DNA of 64,000 nucleotides from an uncultured Chlamydiae bacterium (GTDB lineage Bacteria; Chlamydiota; Chlamydiia; Chlamydiales; JAJFMB01): NCBI GenBank assembly GCA_963697995.1, contig OY969110.1, positions 359,404 to 423,403 of the forward strand, read 5' to 3'. Shown piece by piece: positions 44,866 to 59,118 of this stretch (position 1 is its first letter; each line of letters starts with the position of its first letter). The notes under the pieces were generated by a model. It saw only the letters and a program-made list of their open reading frames with translations, ran no database searches and was not told where the DNA came from. The position numbers and the translations under genes were made by a program.

Positions 44866-47304
44866 ATGAACTCAATCGACCCAAAAGAATTAGAGCTTAT
44901 GCAACTTTACTGGCAGGCGGCAAACTACCTCTCTGTTGGTCAGATCTACCTAATGGACAACCCCTTGCTAAAAAAACCGTTGACCCTCTCCGATATCAAA
45001 CCAAGGCTACTCGGCCACTTCGGCACCACTCCCGGATTAAACTTTATCTATGTTCACTTAAACCGGGTGATCAAAAAATACGATCTCGACATGTTTTATA
45101 TCGCAGGTCCCGGCCACGGGGGGCCAGGAATTATTGCAAATACCTATTTAGAAGGCACTTATTCCAAATATTACCCGAATATTTCAGAAGACGAGGAAGG
45201 AATGAAGCGCCTCTTTAAGCAATTCTCGTTTCCGGGAGGAGTACCAAGTCACGTCGCACCAGAAACTCCAGGTTCGATCCACGAGGGAGGAGAACTTGGG
45301 TACTCTATCTCTCACGCCTTCGGTGCCGCCTTTGATAACAAAGACTTGATTGTTGCATGCATCGTAGGCGACGGAGAAGCAGAGACAGGTCCCCTAGCAA
45401 CAGCGTGGCACTCCAACAAGTTCTTAAACCCCAAAACCGATGGCGCTGTCTTGCCCATACTTCACTTAAACGGGTATAAAATTGCAAACCCTGCAGTTCT
45501 TGCCAGAATTTCTCACGACGAGCTGGAAGCCCTCTTTTTCGGCTATGGGTATAAGCCCTATTTTGTCGAGGGGCACGACCCGAAAAAAATGCACCTTCTG
45601 ATGGCGCAAACGGTGGAAAAAGCGGTTCTTGAGATCAAGGAGATACAAAGACGCGCAAGAGAAGAGGGGGATACTACTCGCCCCTTCTGGCCGGTTATCA
45701 TCCTTCGCTCTCCTAAAGGGTGGACGGGACCCAAAACAGTCGACGGAAAAAAAACAGAGGATTACTGGAGATCGCACCAGGTGCCTCTTGCGAATATGGC
45801 AGAGGTTCCCGAACACGTCAAAGAGCTCGAAAGATGGATGAAATCGTATGAACCAGAAAAAGTTTTTGACGAGAGGGGGACTTTAAGACCAGAACTTAAA
45901 GCCCTTGCCCCAAAAGGGCACCGTAGAATGGGAGATAACCTCCACGCCAATGGGGGGATCCTGCGAAAAGAGTTAAAACTTCCCGATTTTAAAGAGTACC
46001 GCGTGAATGTGCCAGAACCTGGCCTTGTGACGGCAGAACCTACGCGCATTTTAGGTGCCTACCTTAAGGATGTGATGCTCTTAAACCTCGAAAACAAAAA
46101 CTTTCGCCTTTTTGGCCCCGACGAGACCGCCTCGAACAAACTCGACGCCGTCTTCGATGTCACAGGACGCACCTGGTACGCCAAGAGATTGCCTGCAGAT
46201 GACGATAAAGATGCTCACCTAGACATTGAAGGGCGCGTCATGGAATTTTTAAGCGAACACACCTGCCAAGGTTGGCTAGAGGGGTATCTCTTGACGGGAA
46301 GACACGGCTTCTTTTCGACCTACGAGGCGTTTGTACACATCGTCGACTCGATGTTCAATCAACACGCCAAATGGTTAAAAGTCTCCTCAAAAGAGATTCC
46401 GTGGCGCCGCCCCATTGCCTCTCTTAATTACCTCCTGACCTCACACGTCTGGAGACAGGACCAGAACGGCTTTAGCCATCAAGATCCCGGATTTATCGAC
46501 CACGCTGTGAACAAAAAGGCTGAGATCATCCGTGCCTATTTTCCCCCGGATGCCAATACCCTTCTCTCGGTAACCGACCACTGCCTTAAAACAACCAACT
46601 GCATCAACATCATCGTTGCCGGAAAACAAGCAGAGCCCCAATGGTTAAACATGGACGAGGCAATTAAACACTGCAAAGCGGGAGTCAGTATCTGGGATTT
46701 TGCAAGTAACGATCAGGAAGGGGAACCAGATATTGTCATGGCTTGCTGCGGGGATGTCCCGACAATGGAAACTTTAGCGGCTATCTCGATTCTTCGGCAA
46801 CATATCAAGGAAATTAAAATCCGCTGCATCAACGTCGTGAATTTGATGAAACTTCAAACGCAAGATATGCACCCTCAAGGGCTCTCAGAAAATGAATTCG
46901 ATAGCCTTTTTACAAGAAATGCCCCTATTTTATTCAACTACCATGGCTATCCCTGGTTAATCCATAGACTGACGTATAAAAGAGCTAACCACGACAACAT
47001 TCATGTGAGAGGCTATATCGAAGAGGGAACAACAACGACCCCATTCGACATGTGCGTCATGAACAAAATCGACCGGTACCACCTCGTTTTAGACGTGATC
47101 GATCGGGTAAAAACTTTAGGGAATTCAACCGCGTATGTGAGACAAATGATTCGAAATAAACTAATCGAACATAAGCTTTATATCAGAGAACATGGGCAAG
47201 ACATGCCCGAAGTTCGGGACTGGAAGTGGAATGAGCAAAAACTCTTTGATTTAGATGAGATAGAGATCACATTGCCCTTAAAAAAAGGGCAAGTGATCAC
47301 TTAA
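44866..47304 (+). CDS. xfp: Xylulose-5-phosphate/fructose-6-phosphate phosphoketolase
   Basis: The 812-aa protein has [59 protein letters not shown] and [10 protein letters not shown], the canonical XFP signatures. Confidence 0.92.
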   Translation: MNSIDPKELELMQLYWQAANYLSVGQIYLMDNPLLKKPLTLSDIKPRLLGHFGTTPGLNFIYVHLNRVIKKYDLDMFYIAGPGHGGPGIIANTYLEGTYSKYYPNISEDEEGMKRLFKQFSFPGGVPSHVAPETPGSIHEGGELGYSISHAFGAAFDNKDLIVACIVGDGEAETGPLATAWHSNKFLNPKTDGAVLPILHLNGYKIANPAVLARISHDELEALFFGYGYKPYFVEGHDPKKMHLLMAQTVEKAVLEIKEIQRRAREEGDTTRPFWPVIILRSPKGWTGPKTVDGKKTEDYWRSHQVPLANMAEVPEHVKELERWMKSYEPEKVFDERGTLRPELKALAPKGHRRMGDNLHANGGILRKELKLPDFKEYRVNVPEPGLVTAEPTRILGAYLKDVMLLNLENKNFRLFGPDETASNKLDAVFDVTGRTWYAKRLPADDDKDAHLDIEGRVMEFLSEHTCQGWLEGYLLTGRHGFFSTYEAFVHIVDSMFNQHAKWLKVSSKEIPWRRPIASLNYLLTSHVWRQDQNGFSHQDPGFIDHAVNKKAEIIRAYFPPDANTLLSVTDHCLKTTNCINIIVAGKQAEPQWLNMDEAIKHCKAGVSIWDFASNDQEGEPDIVMACCGDVPTMETLAAISILRQHIKEIKIRCINVVNLMKLQTQDMHPQGLSENEFDSLFTRNAPILFNYHGYPWLIHRLTYKRANHDNIHVRGYIEEGTTTTPFDMCVMNKIDRYHLVLDVIDRVKTLGNSTAYVRQMIRNKLIEHKLYIREHGQDMPEVRDWKWNEQKLFDLDEIEITLPLKKGQVIT

Positions 47305-47345
47305 AAACCGCCAAAAAAACTTATTAAATTGTAGAGTTCTGTTTT

Positions 47346-47645
47346 TTATTTTCGTTGCTGATATAGGCAACTCTCATAATTCCCAATGCTAACACCAAGC
47401 CCTGGAGTGAGCATTAAAATGCCCCAGGCAAGTTGTTGCCAAGCTTCGTAAAACTTAGTTTCCTTGTTGTTATAATCTTTAGTTGACTTATTCCAATGAT
47501 TGGATGCTGCACTAATGGTGTAACCGACAAGCCTGATGATAGCTGCGCAAGTATTGCCAAGCCCACTAACGATCGGACACAAAAGGGGATTCACTTCAGT
47601 CGCTCTTACATAGCTATTTTCTTGAAATTGTTCTAAAATTTTCAT
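47346..47645 (-). CDS. Small hydrophobic protein (local paralogue family)
   Basis: 99 aa. Its layout (N.Y......, then a hydrophobic segment, a K/E-rich turn and a second hydrophobic segment) parallels the N-terminal 90 aa of ORF 48251..48832. Confidence 0.45.
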   Translation of the reverse strand: MKILEQFQENSYVRATEVNPLLCPIVSGLGNTCAAIIRLVGYTISAASNHWNKSTKDYNNKETKFYEAWQQLAWGILMLTPGLGVSIGNYESCLYQQRK

Positions 47646-47750
47646 CTAAAAGACTCCTTATTAAATGGAAAAGATAGAATTATAACTAAACAGGTAATTA
47701 TTAACAATATCTTTACGTATTTACTTTGAAATAAGAGAGTTTTTGAGAGA

Positions 47751-47787
47751 AAAAAATAACCCCTTAAGAGAAAGCTCTTTTAAGGGG
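47751..47787 (-). terminator. Intrinsic terminator downstream of the small ORF 47812-48053
   Basis: The minus strand reads CCCCTTAAAAGAG-cttt-CTCTTAAGGGG followed by TTATTTTTTT. Confidence 0.6.
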
Positions 47788-47811
47788 ATTCAGGATAATC
47801 CTAATCTATTT

Positions 47812-48053
47812 TTAATAGTACCCTTCTTGATTTTTAAATCTATCTTTCCCATATAATATTTCACTAGTAGAAATCTGTGAAGAGCTAACAGAAGAAACTG
47901 GATTATCGTCTGCTGAGTTGACAGTTGATTCTTCTTCCTTATTACCGTCTGCAGGGGCTACATTTGATTTTTTTTTCCCACGGTTGTTAGAAATAGGGTT
48001 GGCGGCTCTTGGTCATAGTTGCCCCAACTTAGACCGAATTTGTTAATTTCCAT
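47812..48053 (-). pseudogene. Small ORF (~80 aa) interrupted at a T9/A9 homopolymer
   Basis: My translation from the ATG at 48053 gives MEINKFGLSWGNYDQEPPTLFLTTVGKK. A +1 shift at the A9 run (plus-strand T9, 47968-47976) continues KSNVAPADGNKEEESTVNSADDNPVSSVSSSQISTSEILYGKDRFKNQEGYY to a stop. The ORF has its own terminator. Confidence 0.35.
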
Positions 48054-48175
48054 TTTAACTCCTTATTTTAATAGATAGGATTTTGAACTAATGGAGTTTC
48101 AAAATGCCAAATTAGCTGTTTATTTGCAATAGAATTATTGCGTATTTTGAGGGAAAAAGGGGATCATGGCTTTAC

Positions 48176-48215
48176 TTGAAAAAAAATAACCCCTAAGGGA
48201 GACATCCCTTAGGGG
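48176..48215 (-). terminator. Intrinsic terminator downstream of ORF 48251-48832
   Basis: The minus strand reads CCCCTAAGGGA-tgtc-TCCCTTAGGGG (11-bp perfect stem) followed by TTATTTTTTTTT. Confidence 0.75.
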
Positions 48216-48250
48216 GTAAAACTAATTAAAGAACTTAATTAGTTTTTTTA

Positions 48251-48832
48251 TCATCGGAAAAATTTATTTACACTTGCCATTGTAGGTAAACCTTTCTTTA
48301 GTTTATTAACTATATTTTTTGGATTTGCTGCTGCACCAGTTGCAGTTGTTGTTGTAGCTGAATCACCTGTTGCTGTTGAAGTTGTTGATGTAGTTGCTGT
48401 TGCATCAGTTGGAGTTGTAGTTGCTGTTGCATCAGTTGGAGTTGTAGTTGCTGTTGCATCAGTTGGAGTTGTAGTTGCTGCTGCAGTTGCTGCTGCTGCA
48501 TCATTTGAAGAATCTCTTTCTTTTTTCTCACCTTTGTTGCCCTGAGCGTCTTCTTCAGCCCTTCTCTTTTCTGCTCTATAATCACTTACAAGAGTCGCGA
48601 TCACTACAGCCCAGCCAATCACTGGAAGAAGTGTCTTTAAACCGTGTTTTGCTTGCGCTACTGCAAACTTGTATTTTTCAAGACCTTCACCTTCAATCTC
48701 TTTTCTATTGGCGATCATGTTAAACACGCCGACTGCAATATTCTTAACAGCCACAAATGGTGTTAAAATCAAGCTTCTCTCAGCAAATTTTGCGTAAACA
48801 TTAGTTTCTCTGTAATTATTAACTGCGTCCAT
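48251..48832 (-). CDS. Small membrane protein with T/A/P/D-rich repeat tail (local paralogue family)
   Basis: 193 aa. It has two hydrophobic segments (LILTPFVAVKNIAVGVFNMI, LLPVIGWAVVIATLV), then a charged linker and three copies of ATTTPTDAT. Confidence 0.6.
   Translation of the reverse strand: MDAVNNYRETNVYAKFAERSLILTPFVAVKNIAVGVFNMIANRKEIEGEGLEKYKFAVAQAKHGLKTLLPVIGWAVVIATLVSDYRAEKRRAEEDAQGNKGEKKERDSSNDAAAATAAATTTPTDATATTTPTDATATTTPTDATATTSTTSTATGDSATTTTATGAAANPKNIVNKLKKGLPTMASVNKFFR
48394..48474. repeat. Perfect 27-bp x 3 in-frame tandem repeat inside ORF 48251-48832
   Basis: TTGCTGTTGCATCAGTTGGAGTTGTAG is repeated three times without a mismatch. On the minus strand it encodes (TTTPTDATA)3. 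Confidence 0.9.
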
Positions 48833-48968
48833 CTTTATCCCCTTTAATTAGGTTTATTGTTTTTATTTTTATTAAATTACCAACATCATGAAATAAGAAT
48901 TATTACATAACATTTAATTATTTGCAATAAGTTTTATAAAAAAAATGTAAATATCAATAAAAACTTAA

Positions 48969-49712
48969 TTAATTATAAATAAGAAGAGGATCAAAATTTA
49001 AATAATCGCAAGAGGTTAAAAGATAACGAACACCATTTAACTCCCCAAAGGGAAGGGTATTGGGCTTTACATTATGTAAGTGCCCAAAAACACAAGTCTC
49101 TACCCCATACGCCTCTAATAGGGAGGAAACCTGAGAGGAGACAAGGTTGGCTCCAATGGGTGGGTAGTGAACCATAACAATTTTGTGAGGAGCCTTTGAA
49201 TTTAACGTTTTTAAGCTTAAAGCTAACCGTTCTAGCTCTCGTAAGAAGAGAGCATGATCGGCAGTTGTGGCATTTAACTCCTTATTCTCACGCAAATTTT
49301 CCTTATAGAGGATAAAATCTTTAAACTGATACTCAGGAGAGTCCCAAAGACGCGCCCCACCGATGGCAAACTCCCCTATTTCAATAGAGTCATTTTGAAT
49401 GGCTTTAATAGAAGGAGGAAGGGAACTTCTTACTTTTGAGATCGAGCCCCACCAGTAGTCGTGATTGCCCCGGATCATCACTTTAGTCCCAGGAAGAGAA
49501 TCGATCCATTCTAAATCTTTAAGGACTTCTTTTTCCCTCATGGCCCAAGAGATATCGCCGGCAATTAACACGAGGTCCCCCTCTTTTACCTTGCCTCGCC
49601 AGTTTTTCTCGATTTTTTCCACATAATGCAGCCACGGCTCTCCAAAAAACTCCATGCTTTTCTCGGGAACGCCAAAACTTAAGTGTAAATCAGCAATTGC
49701 AAAAACAGCCAT
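48969..49712 (-). CDS. Metallophosphoesterase family protein
   Basis: Motifs are FAIADLHLSF, LIAGDISW, IRGNHDYWW and CVFGHLH, the calcineurin-like phosphoesterase motif set. Confidence 0.8.
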   Translation of the reverse strand: MAVFAIADLHLSFGVPEKSMEFFGEPWLHYVEKIEKNWRGKVKEGDLVLIAGDISWAMREKEVLKDLEWIDSLPGTKVMIRGNHDYWWGSISKVRSSLPPSIKAIQNDSIEIGEFAIGGARLWDSPEYQFKDFILYKENLRENKELNATTADHALFLRELERLALSLKTLNSKAPHKIVMVHYPPIGANLVSSQVSSLLEAYGVETCVFGHLHNVKPNTLPFGELNGVRYLLTSCDYLNFDPLLIYN

Positions 49713-49855
49713 ATGAGAATTAAATTACCAGATTTGCCCTTTCAAAACCACAGACTTCTTACAAGATATCTTTAAGACAACCATTGAAAATAAAATTTAA
49801 CAATAGAGTCTACTTTACTGTTATTTAGAAGTTTTTTTGGGGAAAGGAAGATCTC

Positions 49856-51159
49856 TTAAAGCTGAAAACCATCGGGTAATCTAGCCCCTCGAGTGACGAC
49901 GATCACCCCATCCCGAATATAGACCCCCTCCCCGTCAAACATATCAAGCCCCTTCATATTCACAAGCTTGACCCCATCCCCAAGGTGGACACCTTTATCG
50001 AGGATCGCCCCTCTTATGAGACAATTTTTGCCAATAGTACAGAGCTCATCCGGAGCCTCTCCTGTCGAGTACCCATCGTGCCCCATCAAAACCGAATGGC
50101 TAATATGGCACCCCGTATCAATAGTCGTTCTTGGGCCAATGATTGAGTTCACATAACTCCCCGCCGTAAATAACAGCCCCTTCACAAAGGATCACCTCCT
50201 CGAAGTTCCCGCCGATCACCTGGGGCGCTGGTAGATCTGTCCTCTCTGAAAAAATCGGGCACAACTTATCGTGTATGTTAAAGGGAGAGTTTCTTTTAGT
50301 GAGAGCAATATTGACATCGTAAAACGATTTCACCGTTCCCACATCTTCCCAATACCCCTCATATAGAAACGAATAGGCTCTACCTTCGTTAACTAAAGTA
50401 GGGATCAGATGCTTGCCAAAATCTTCTCTTAAATCTCTTTTGAGAAGATCGATCAGAACCTCTCTTTTAAAAAGATAAATGCCCATTGAGGCTAAAAAAT
50501 CCTTTTTTCCCAAATCGGGAAGGCGCATTTTCTCTAAAAGATGAGCTTCTTTCGGTTTTTCACAAAAATCGATGATTTTATGTGTCGCATCGATTTTCAT
50601 AAGCCCCATCCTTGAGGCTTCCATTTCGTCAATCGGAAGGGTCGCAATCGTCACGTCGGCATCAACTTCTTTAGCAAACGCCACCATCTCGCGAAAATCC
50701 ATCCGATAAATCTGATCACCAGACAAAATCAAAAAATAGTCAACTGGCATTCTCATGAGATAATCTAAGTGTTTGCCTTACTGCATCCGCCGTTCCTTGA
50801 AACCACCTGTCGTTGTTCGGGCTTTGCTCCGCTGTCAATAACTCCACAAACCCTTGGGAAAAAGAATCAAACCGGTAGGTTTCTATGATGTGCTTGTGAA
50901 GAGGAGCTGATAAAAACTGAGTGACAACAAAAATTTTTCGACAATCGGAGTGAATCGAATTTGAAAGAGGAATATCAATTAGGCGATACTTTCCCCCAAA
51001 CGACATCGCGGGTTTACACCTCGTCTCGGTTAAAGGAAACAATCTCGAGCCTTGGCCACCCCCTAAAATGACACTGGCCACTAGACTCATATCAACTGAT
51101 TGCTTCCAAATTTTTTTTCCCTCGGCAAGGTAGCGCATACCCCCTCCTGTTAATGCCAC
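49856..51159 (-). pseudogene. glgC: Glucose-1-phosphate adenylyltransferase GlgC, broken by two single-nucleotide frameshifts
   Basis: Three consecutive ORFs carry contiguous GlgC sequence. The first is [41 protein letters not shown]...[13 protein letters not shown]. The second is (shift ~50750) [24 protein letters not shown]...GLMKID...F.EKP...ASMGIYLF...YWEDVGTVKSFYDVN...ILCEGAVIYGG. The third is (shift at C4 run 50159-50162) SYVNSIIGPRTTIDTGCHISHSVLMG. Confidence 0.85.
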
Positions 51160-51242
51160 ATATAAAAAGAGAGAAAATAAAAGGATAATAAATTTAATAT
51201 TAAGTCTCGACTTTTTATATTCATATTTAATAAAATATCCTC

Positions 51243-51911
51243 ATGTTTGAGGCTTATAATCAATACATTGCACCAACGATTGCCGCTGGATTAGCGACGA
51301 TTCCCACCTACTTTCCCCTTGAAACAAAGACGGCCCTTCAACTAGGAAGAGTGCCCGCTCGATTTTCATTAAAAAGAAGCGTTATCGAAGGCATTAAAGC
51401 AGCTCCCACTATGGGGGGATTAATAGGAGCACAGATCATCACCCAAGGGTCTTTAGAGAAAACTTTAAACGAAGTCCCCAAGGTACAAGACATAGCGATT
51501 AGTTCTATTGTTGTTGGCGGTGCCTCCATTCCGTTTTGTGCGATCCTCAATGGTCAAACAATGGGTTGGTGCCCAAAAAAATCTTTAAAAAAATTAACAC
51601 ATCAACAAGCTTGTGCCATTGTCATACGAGAGGCGATCTTTCTTTTCTCTCTCAAAATTTCAACTCCCTTAAATCAAAGCATAAAAGAGTTTGCAGGTCC
51701 CTCAAAAGAGATCGAATATGCCACCATTTTTTCAACTATGGCGATTGGTAGCGTTTTAAGTCACCCAGCCGATTCCTTTTTTACTCAAAGCCAGGCAGGG
51801 GAGGCGATCCGTGTTAAACATCTGATGAAGGGAAGCCTAAGGACAGCTGCGGCACTTGGAGTCTTTGGTATCCTCAACCAGTTTTTCTATCAAAAGATTA
51901 TTAATTCTTAA
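51243..51911 (+). CDS. Polytopic membrane protein with three degenerate mitochondrial-carrier-like motifs
   Basis: IAAGLATIPTYFPLETKTALQ (compare AG.8 residues.PxD/ExxKxxxQ), VVGGASIPFCAILNGQ, and AIGSVLSHPADSFFTQSQAG...GSLRTAAALGVFGILNQFFYQKI (PxDxxxTxxQ in correct register, followed by R......i.f..Y). The repeats are ~70 aa rather than ~100 aa, so the assignment is tentative. Confidence 0.35.
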   Translation: MFEAYNQYIAPTIAAGLATIPTYFPLETKTALQLGRVPARFSLKRSVIEGIKAAPTMGGLIGAQIITQGSLEKTLNEVPKVQDIAISSIVVGGASIPFCAILNGQTMGWCPKKSLKKLTHQQACAIVIREAIFLFSLKISTPLNQSIKEFAGPSKEIEYATIFSTMAIGSVLSHPADSFFTQSQAGEAIRVKHLMKGSLRTAAALGVFGILNQFFYQKIINS

Positions 51912-52073
51912 TAAAATCTAAATAATAAAATGATATAACATCATTTTATTTAAATAATTATGGTTATATTGAATGAATAGTATTTATTATTTTACAATGG
52001 TAGATCATGGAATAAAAACAGAGCTTTACAAGAGCGTACAAAAAAATAGTCAGGCTTTATTTGGATACGCCCG

Positions 52074-52583
52074 ATGGGATTTTTTATAGGGGTCGCCTCT
52101 GCGCTGATCACGATAGTCACAAAAATTTGTCGAATATTTGAGATCATCATAAAAGGGCTTATTAATATTTTGGGTTCAATTTTTTCAAAAAAGTGTTCAT
52201 TTTTAAGGGGAATAAAATATTTGACTTGGAACTTAGGAAAGTCATTGATTGAATTACCCTTCTCGGTACTGAACGCGGTATTTGGTATTTTTGAGAAAAC
52301 TCGAGAAATTGCAGCGAATCCAAATCGGTACGCCACTACAAAAATCTTAAGTCATCAAGTCCAACTTGAAACTCTCAAAGCTCTTAATGCCGCTGGTGGC
52401 TGGACTGGTTTTTTTACAAACATAATGAACAACCCAGAAGCGGTAAACACAAAAATGGATGGTTTTATCTCTTCAATTGTGTCATTTGCTGAACAACATA
52501 AAAATAAAAGCAACGAAGAACTCATTCAAGCTATAAACGATTTTCTAAAGAAGATGGGAATAAACTTGGATTTAAAAGTCTAA
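52074..52583 (+). CDS. Small membrane-associated hypothetical protein; its 3' half is the template of the downstream tandem repeat
   Basis: 169-aa ORF with a hydrophobic N-terminus MGFFIGVASALITIV. The last ~250 nt have diverged copies in each 413-bp repeat unit, and the last 49 nt are identical to the repeat-unit start. Confidence 0.55.
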   Translation: MGFFIGVASALITIVTKICRIFEIIIKGLINILGSIFSKKCSFLRGIKYLTWNLGKSLIELPFSVLNAVFGIFEKTREIAANPNRYATTKILSHQVQLETLKALNAAGGWTGFFTNIMNNPEAVNTKMDGFISSIVSFAEQHKNKSNEELIQAINDFLKKMGINLDLKV

Positions 52584-53844
52584 AACTTTTTTTGGCAAAA
52601 AAAAAGCACTGAACGCAACTACAAAAATCCTAAATCATCAAGCCACTAGCTCCTCTTAATCCCGCTGGTGGCTGGACTGTTTTTTTTGCAAACACATTGA
52701 ACAACCCGGACGAAGTAAAACAAAATTAGATGATTTTATCTCTTCAATTGAGTCATTTGCTGAAAAAAATAAAAGCGACGAGGAAATCAATAGTACAACG
52801 TTTATTTTTAATTCTTTTTCCCCATCTTGCAACCTTTGTAAAACAGGCCTACATAACTTATGTATGTCGTGTTTTACAGTTTTGCAACCTGAGAAAAATC
52901 CTTTAAAAATACTATCTAAAACTTTCTTTAGAGATTACTAGTGCTGCAAACGATTTTCTAAAGAAGATGGGAATAAACTTGGATTTAAAAGTCTAAAACT
53001 TTTTTTGGCAAAAAAAAAGCACTGAACGCAACTACAAAAATCCTAAATCATCAAGCCACTAGCTCCTCTTAATCCCGCTGGTGGCTGGACTGTTTTTTTT
53101 GCAAACACATTGAACAACCCGGACGAAGTAAAACAAAATTAGATGATTTTATCTCTTCAATTGAGTCATTTGCTGAAAAAAATAAAAGCGACGAGGAAAT
53201 CAATAGTACAACGTTTATTTTTAATTCTTTTTCCCCATCTTGCAACCTTTGTAAAACAGGCCTACATAACTTATGTATGTCGTGTTTTACAGTTTTGCAA
53301 CCTGAGAAAAATCCTTTAAAAATACTATCTAAAACTTTCTTTAGAGATTACTAGTGCTGCAAACGATTTTCTAAAGAAGATGGGAATAAACTTGGATTTA
53401 AAAGTCTAAAACTTTTTTTGGCAAAAAAAAAGCACTGAACGCAACTACAAAAATCCTAAATCATCAAGCCACTAGCTCCTCTTAATCCCGCTGGTGGCTG
53501 GACTGTTTTTTTTGCAAACACATTGAACAACCCGGACGAAGTAAAACAAAATTAGATGATTTTATCTCTTCAATTGAGTCATTTGCTGAAAAAAATAAAA
53601 GCGACGAGGAAATCAATAGTACAACGTTTATTTTTAATTCTTTTTCCCCATCTTGCAACCTTTGTAAAACAGGCCTACATAACTTATGTATGTCGTGTTT
53701 TACAGTTTTGCAACCTGAGAAAAATCCTTTAAAAATACTATCTAAAACTTTCTTTAGAGATTACTAGTGCTGCAAACGATTTTCTAAAGAAGATGGGAAT
53801 AAACTTGGATTTAAAAGTCTAAAACTTTTTTTGGCAAAAAAAAA
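52535..53844 (+). repeat. Perfect 413-bp tandem repeat, ~3.2 copies
   Basis: GATTTTCTAAAGAAGATGGG recurs at 52539, 52952, 53365 and 53778, a period of 413. The copies look identical by eye over their full length. Each unit holds a degraded copy of gene 52074-52583 (~nt 52330-52583) plus ~150 bp carrying TTGCAACCT-t-TGTAAAACA-(24 nt including ACATAAcTTATGT)-TGTTTTACA-gtt-TTGCAACCT. Confidence 0.9.
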
Positions 53845-53866
53845 CCCTGATTGAGAACAATCAGGG
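53845..53866 (-). terminator. rRNA operon intrinsic terminator
   Basis: The minus strand reads CCCTGATTG-ttct-CAATCAGGG followed by T9, 11 nt after the 5S 3' end. Confidence 0.8.
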
Positions 53867-53877
53867 CGAAATAAAAA

Positions 53878-53993
53878 GCTTGGCGACGACCTACTCTCCC
53901 ACACTCTTGGGTGCAGTACCATCGGCGATGAAGGGCTTAACTTCTGAGTTCGGTATGGGGTCAGGTGTACCCCCTTCTCTAAAATCACCAAGC
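53878..53993 (-). rRNA. rrf: 5S ribosomal RNA
   Basis: The reverse complement reads GCTTGGTGATTTTAGAGAAGGGGGTACACCTGACCCCATACCGAACTCAGAAGTTAAGCCCTTCATCGCCGATGGTACTGCACCCAAGAGTGTGGGAGAGTAGGTCGTCGCCAAGC, with the canonical 5S core CCGAACTCAGAAGTTAAG and paired ends. Confidence 0.92.
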
Positions 53994-54086
53994 AAAACTT
54001 ACAGTATCAAGAATCATCTGATAATAATTGACGCTTAAAAAACAATAGTTATTAGTCAGCTTGTTTTAAGCTATTCAAAAAAAAAA

Positions 54087-57036
<2,950 letters not shown>

Positions 57037-57388
57037 AAAAAATATATAAAATCTATTTGTTCAAGCTGACTATGAGTATTCGATAACTATCGCTATTCTT
57101 TTAAGCGTCAATTGTTATCAATGATTTTGCTTGTTTATACACATTTATCTTTCATAAACAGCAACTCTTACGAATTGCTTTAAGTAAAGAAAAACGTGCA
57201 CATTTACCCGTGTCTTTTTTTAAAAAAAGACACTTTATTTTTACTTGATACTGTAAACTTTCGAGAAAACGTTTTATACAAGATAAAGAAAGTAATGTAC
57301 ACGCTTTATGAGCTTGGCCCAACCTAGGTGATCACCGTGAGTGATCTTTTAAAGGGGCTATCCTTGCGGATAAGCCCCTTCTGTCCTT

Positions 57389-58930
<1,542 letters not shown>

Positions 58931-59118
58931 AAAAAAACTTTGAAAATCTGATTGTAGATTTTTCTTAAATTTTGACTTTGAGGACACTTACGTGTCCTCC
59001 GCACAAGCTCATAAATTTTGCTTGTACATTACTTTTTTTATCCTGTATAAAAAACTTACAACACTCAAAGGTGCTGTTTTTCAGCATTTCACGAGATCGT
59101 TACTCTGAAGAAGCTATG

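Noticed and set aside
48310-48723. Q/L-rich ORF 48310..48585(-) and ORF 48475..48723(+).
   Set aside because: These are alternative frames of the tandem-repeat region inside the better-supported ORF 48251..48832, which has TM segments, a terminator and a paralogue.
52535-53844. Possibility that the regularly spaced repeats are a CRISPR array.
   Set aside because: The period is 413 bp with no unique spacers, because whole units are identical. No cas genes are nearby. It is a macro-tandem duplication, not CRISPR.
57037-57388. Search for tRNA-Ile or tRNA-Ala in the 16S-23S spacer, and for tRNAs elsewhere in the window.
   Set aside because: I could find no acceptor/T-arm-like sequence (no GGTTCGAATCC-type motif). 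The spacer is AT-rich processing-stem sequence. A tRNAscan-SE run would confirm this.
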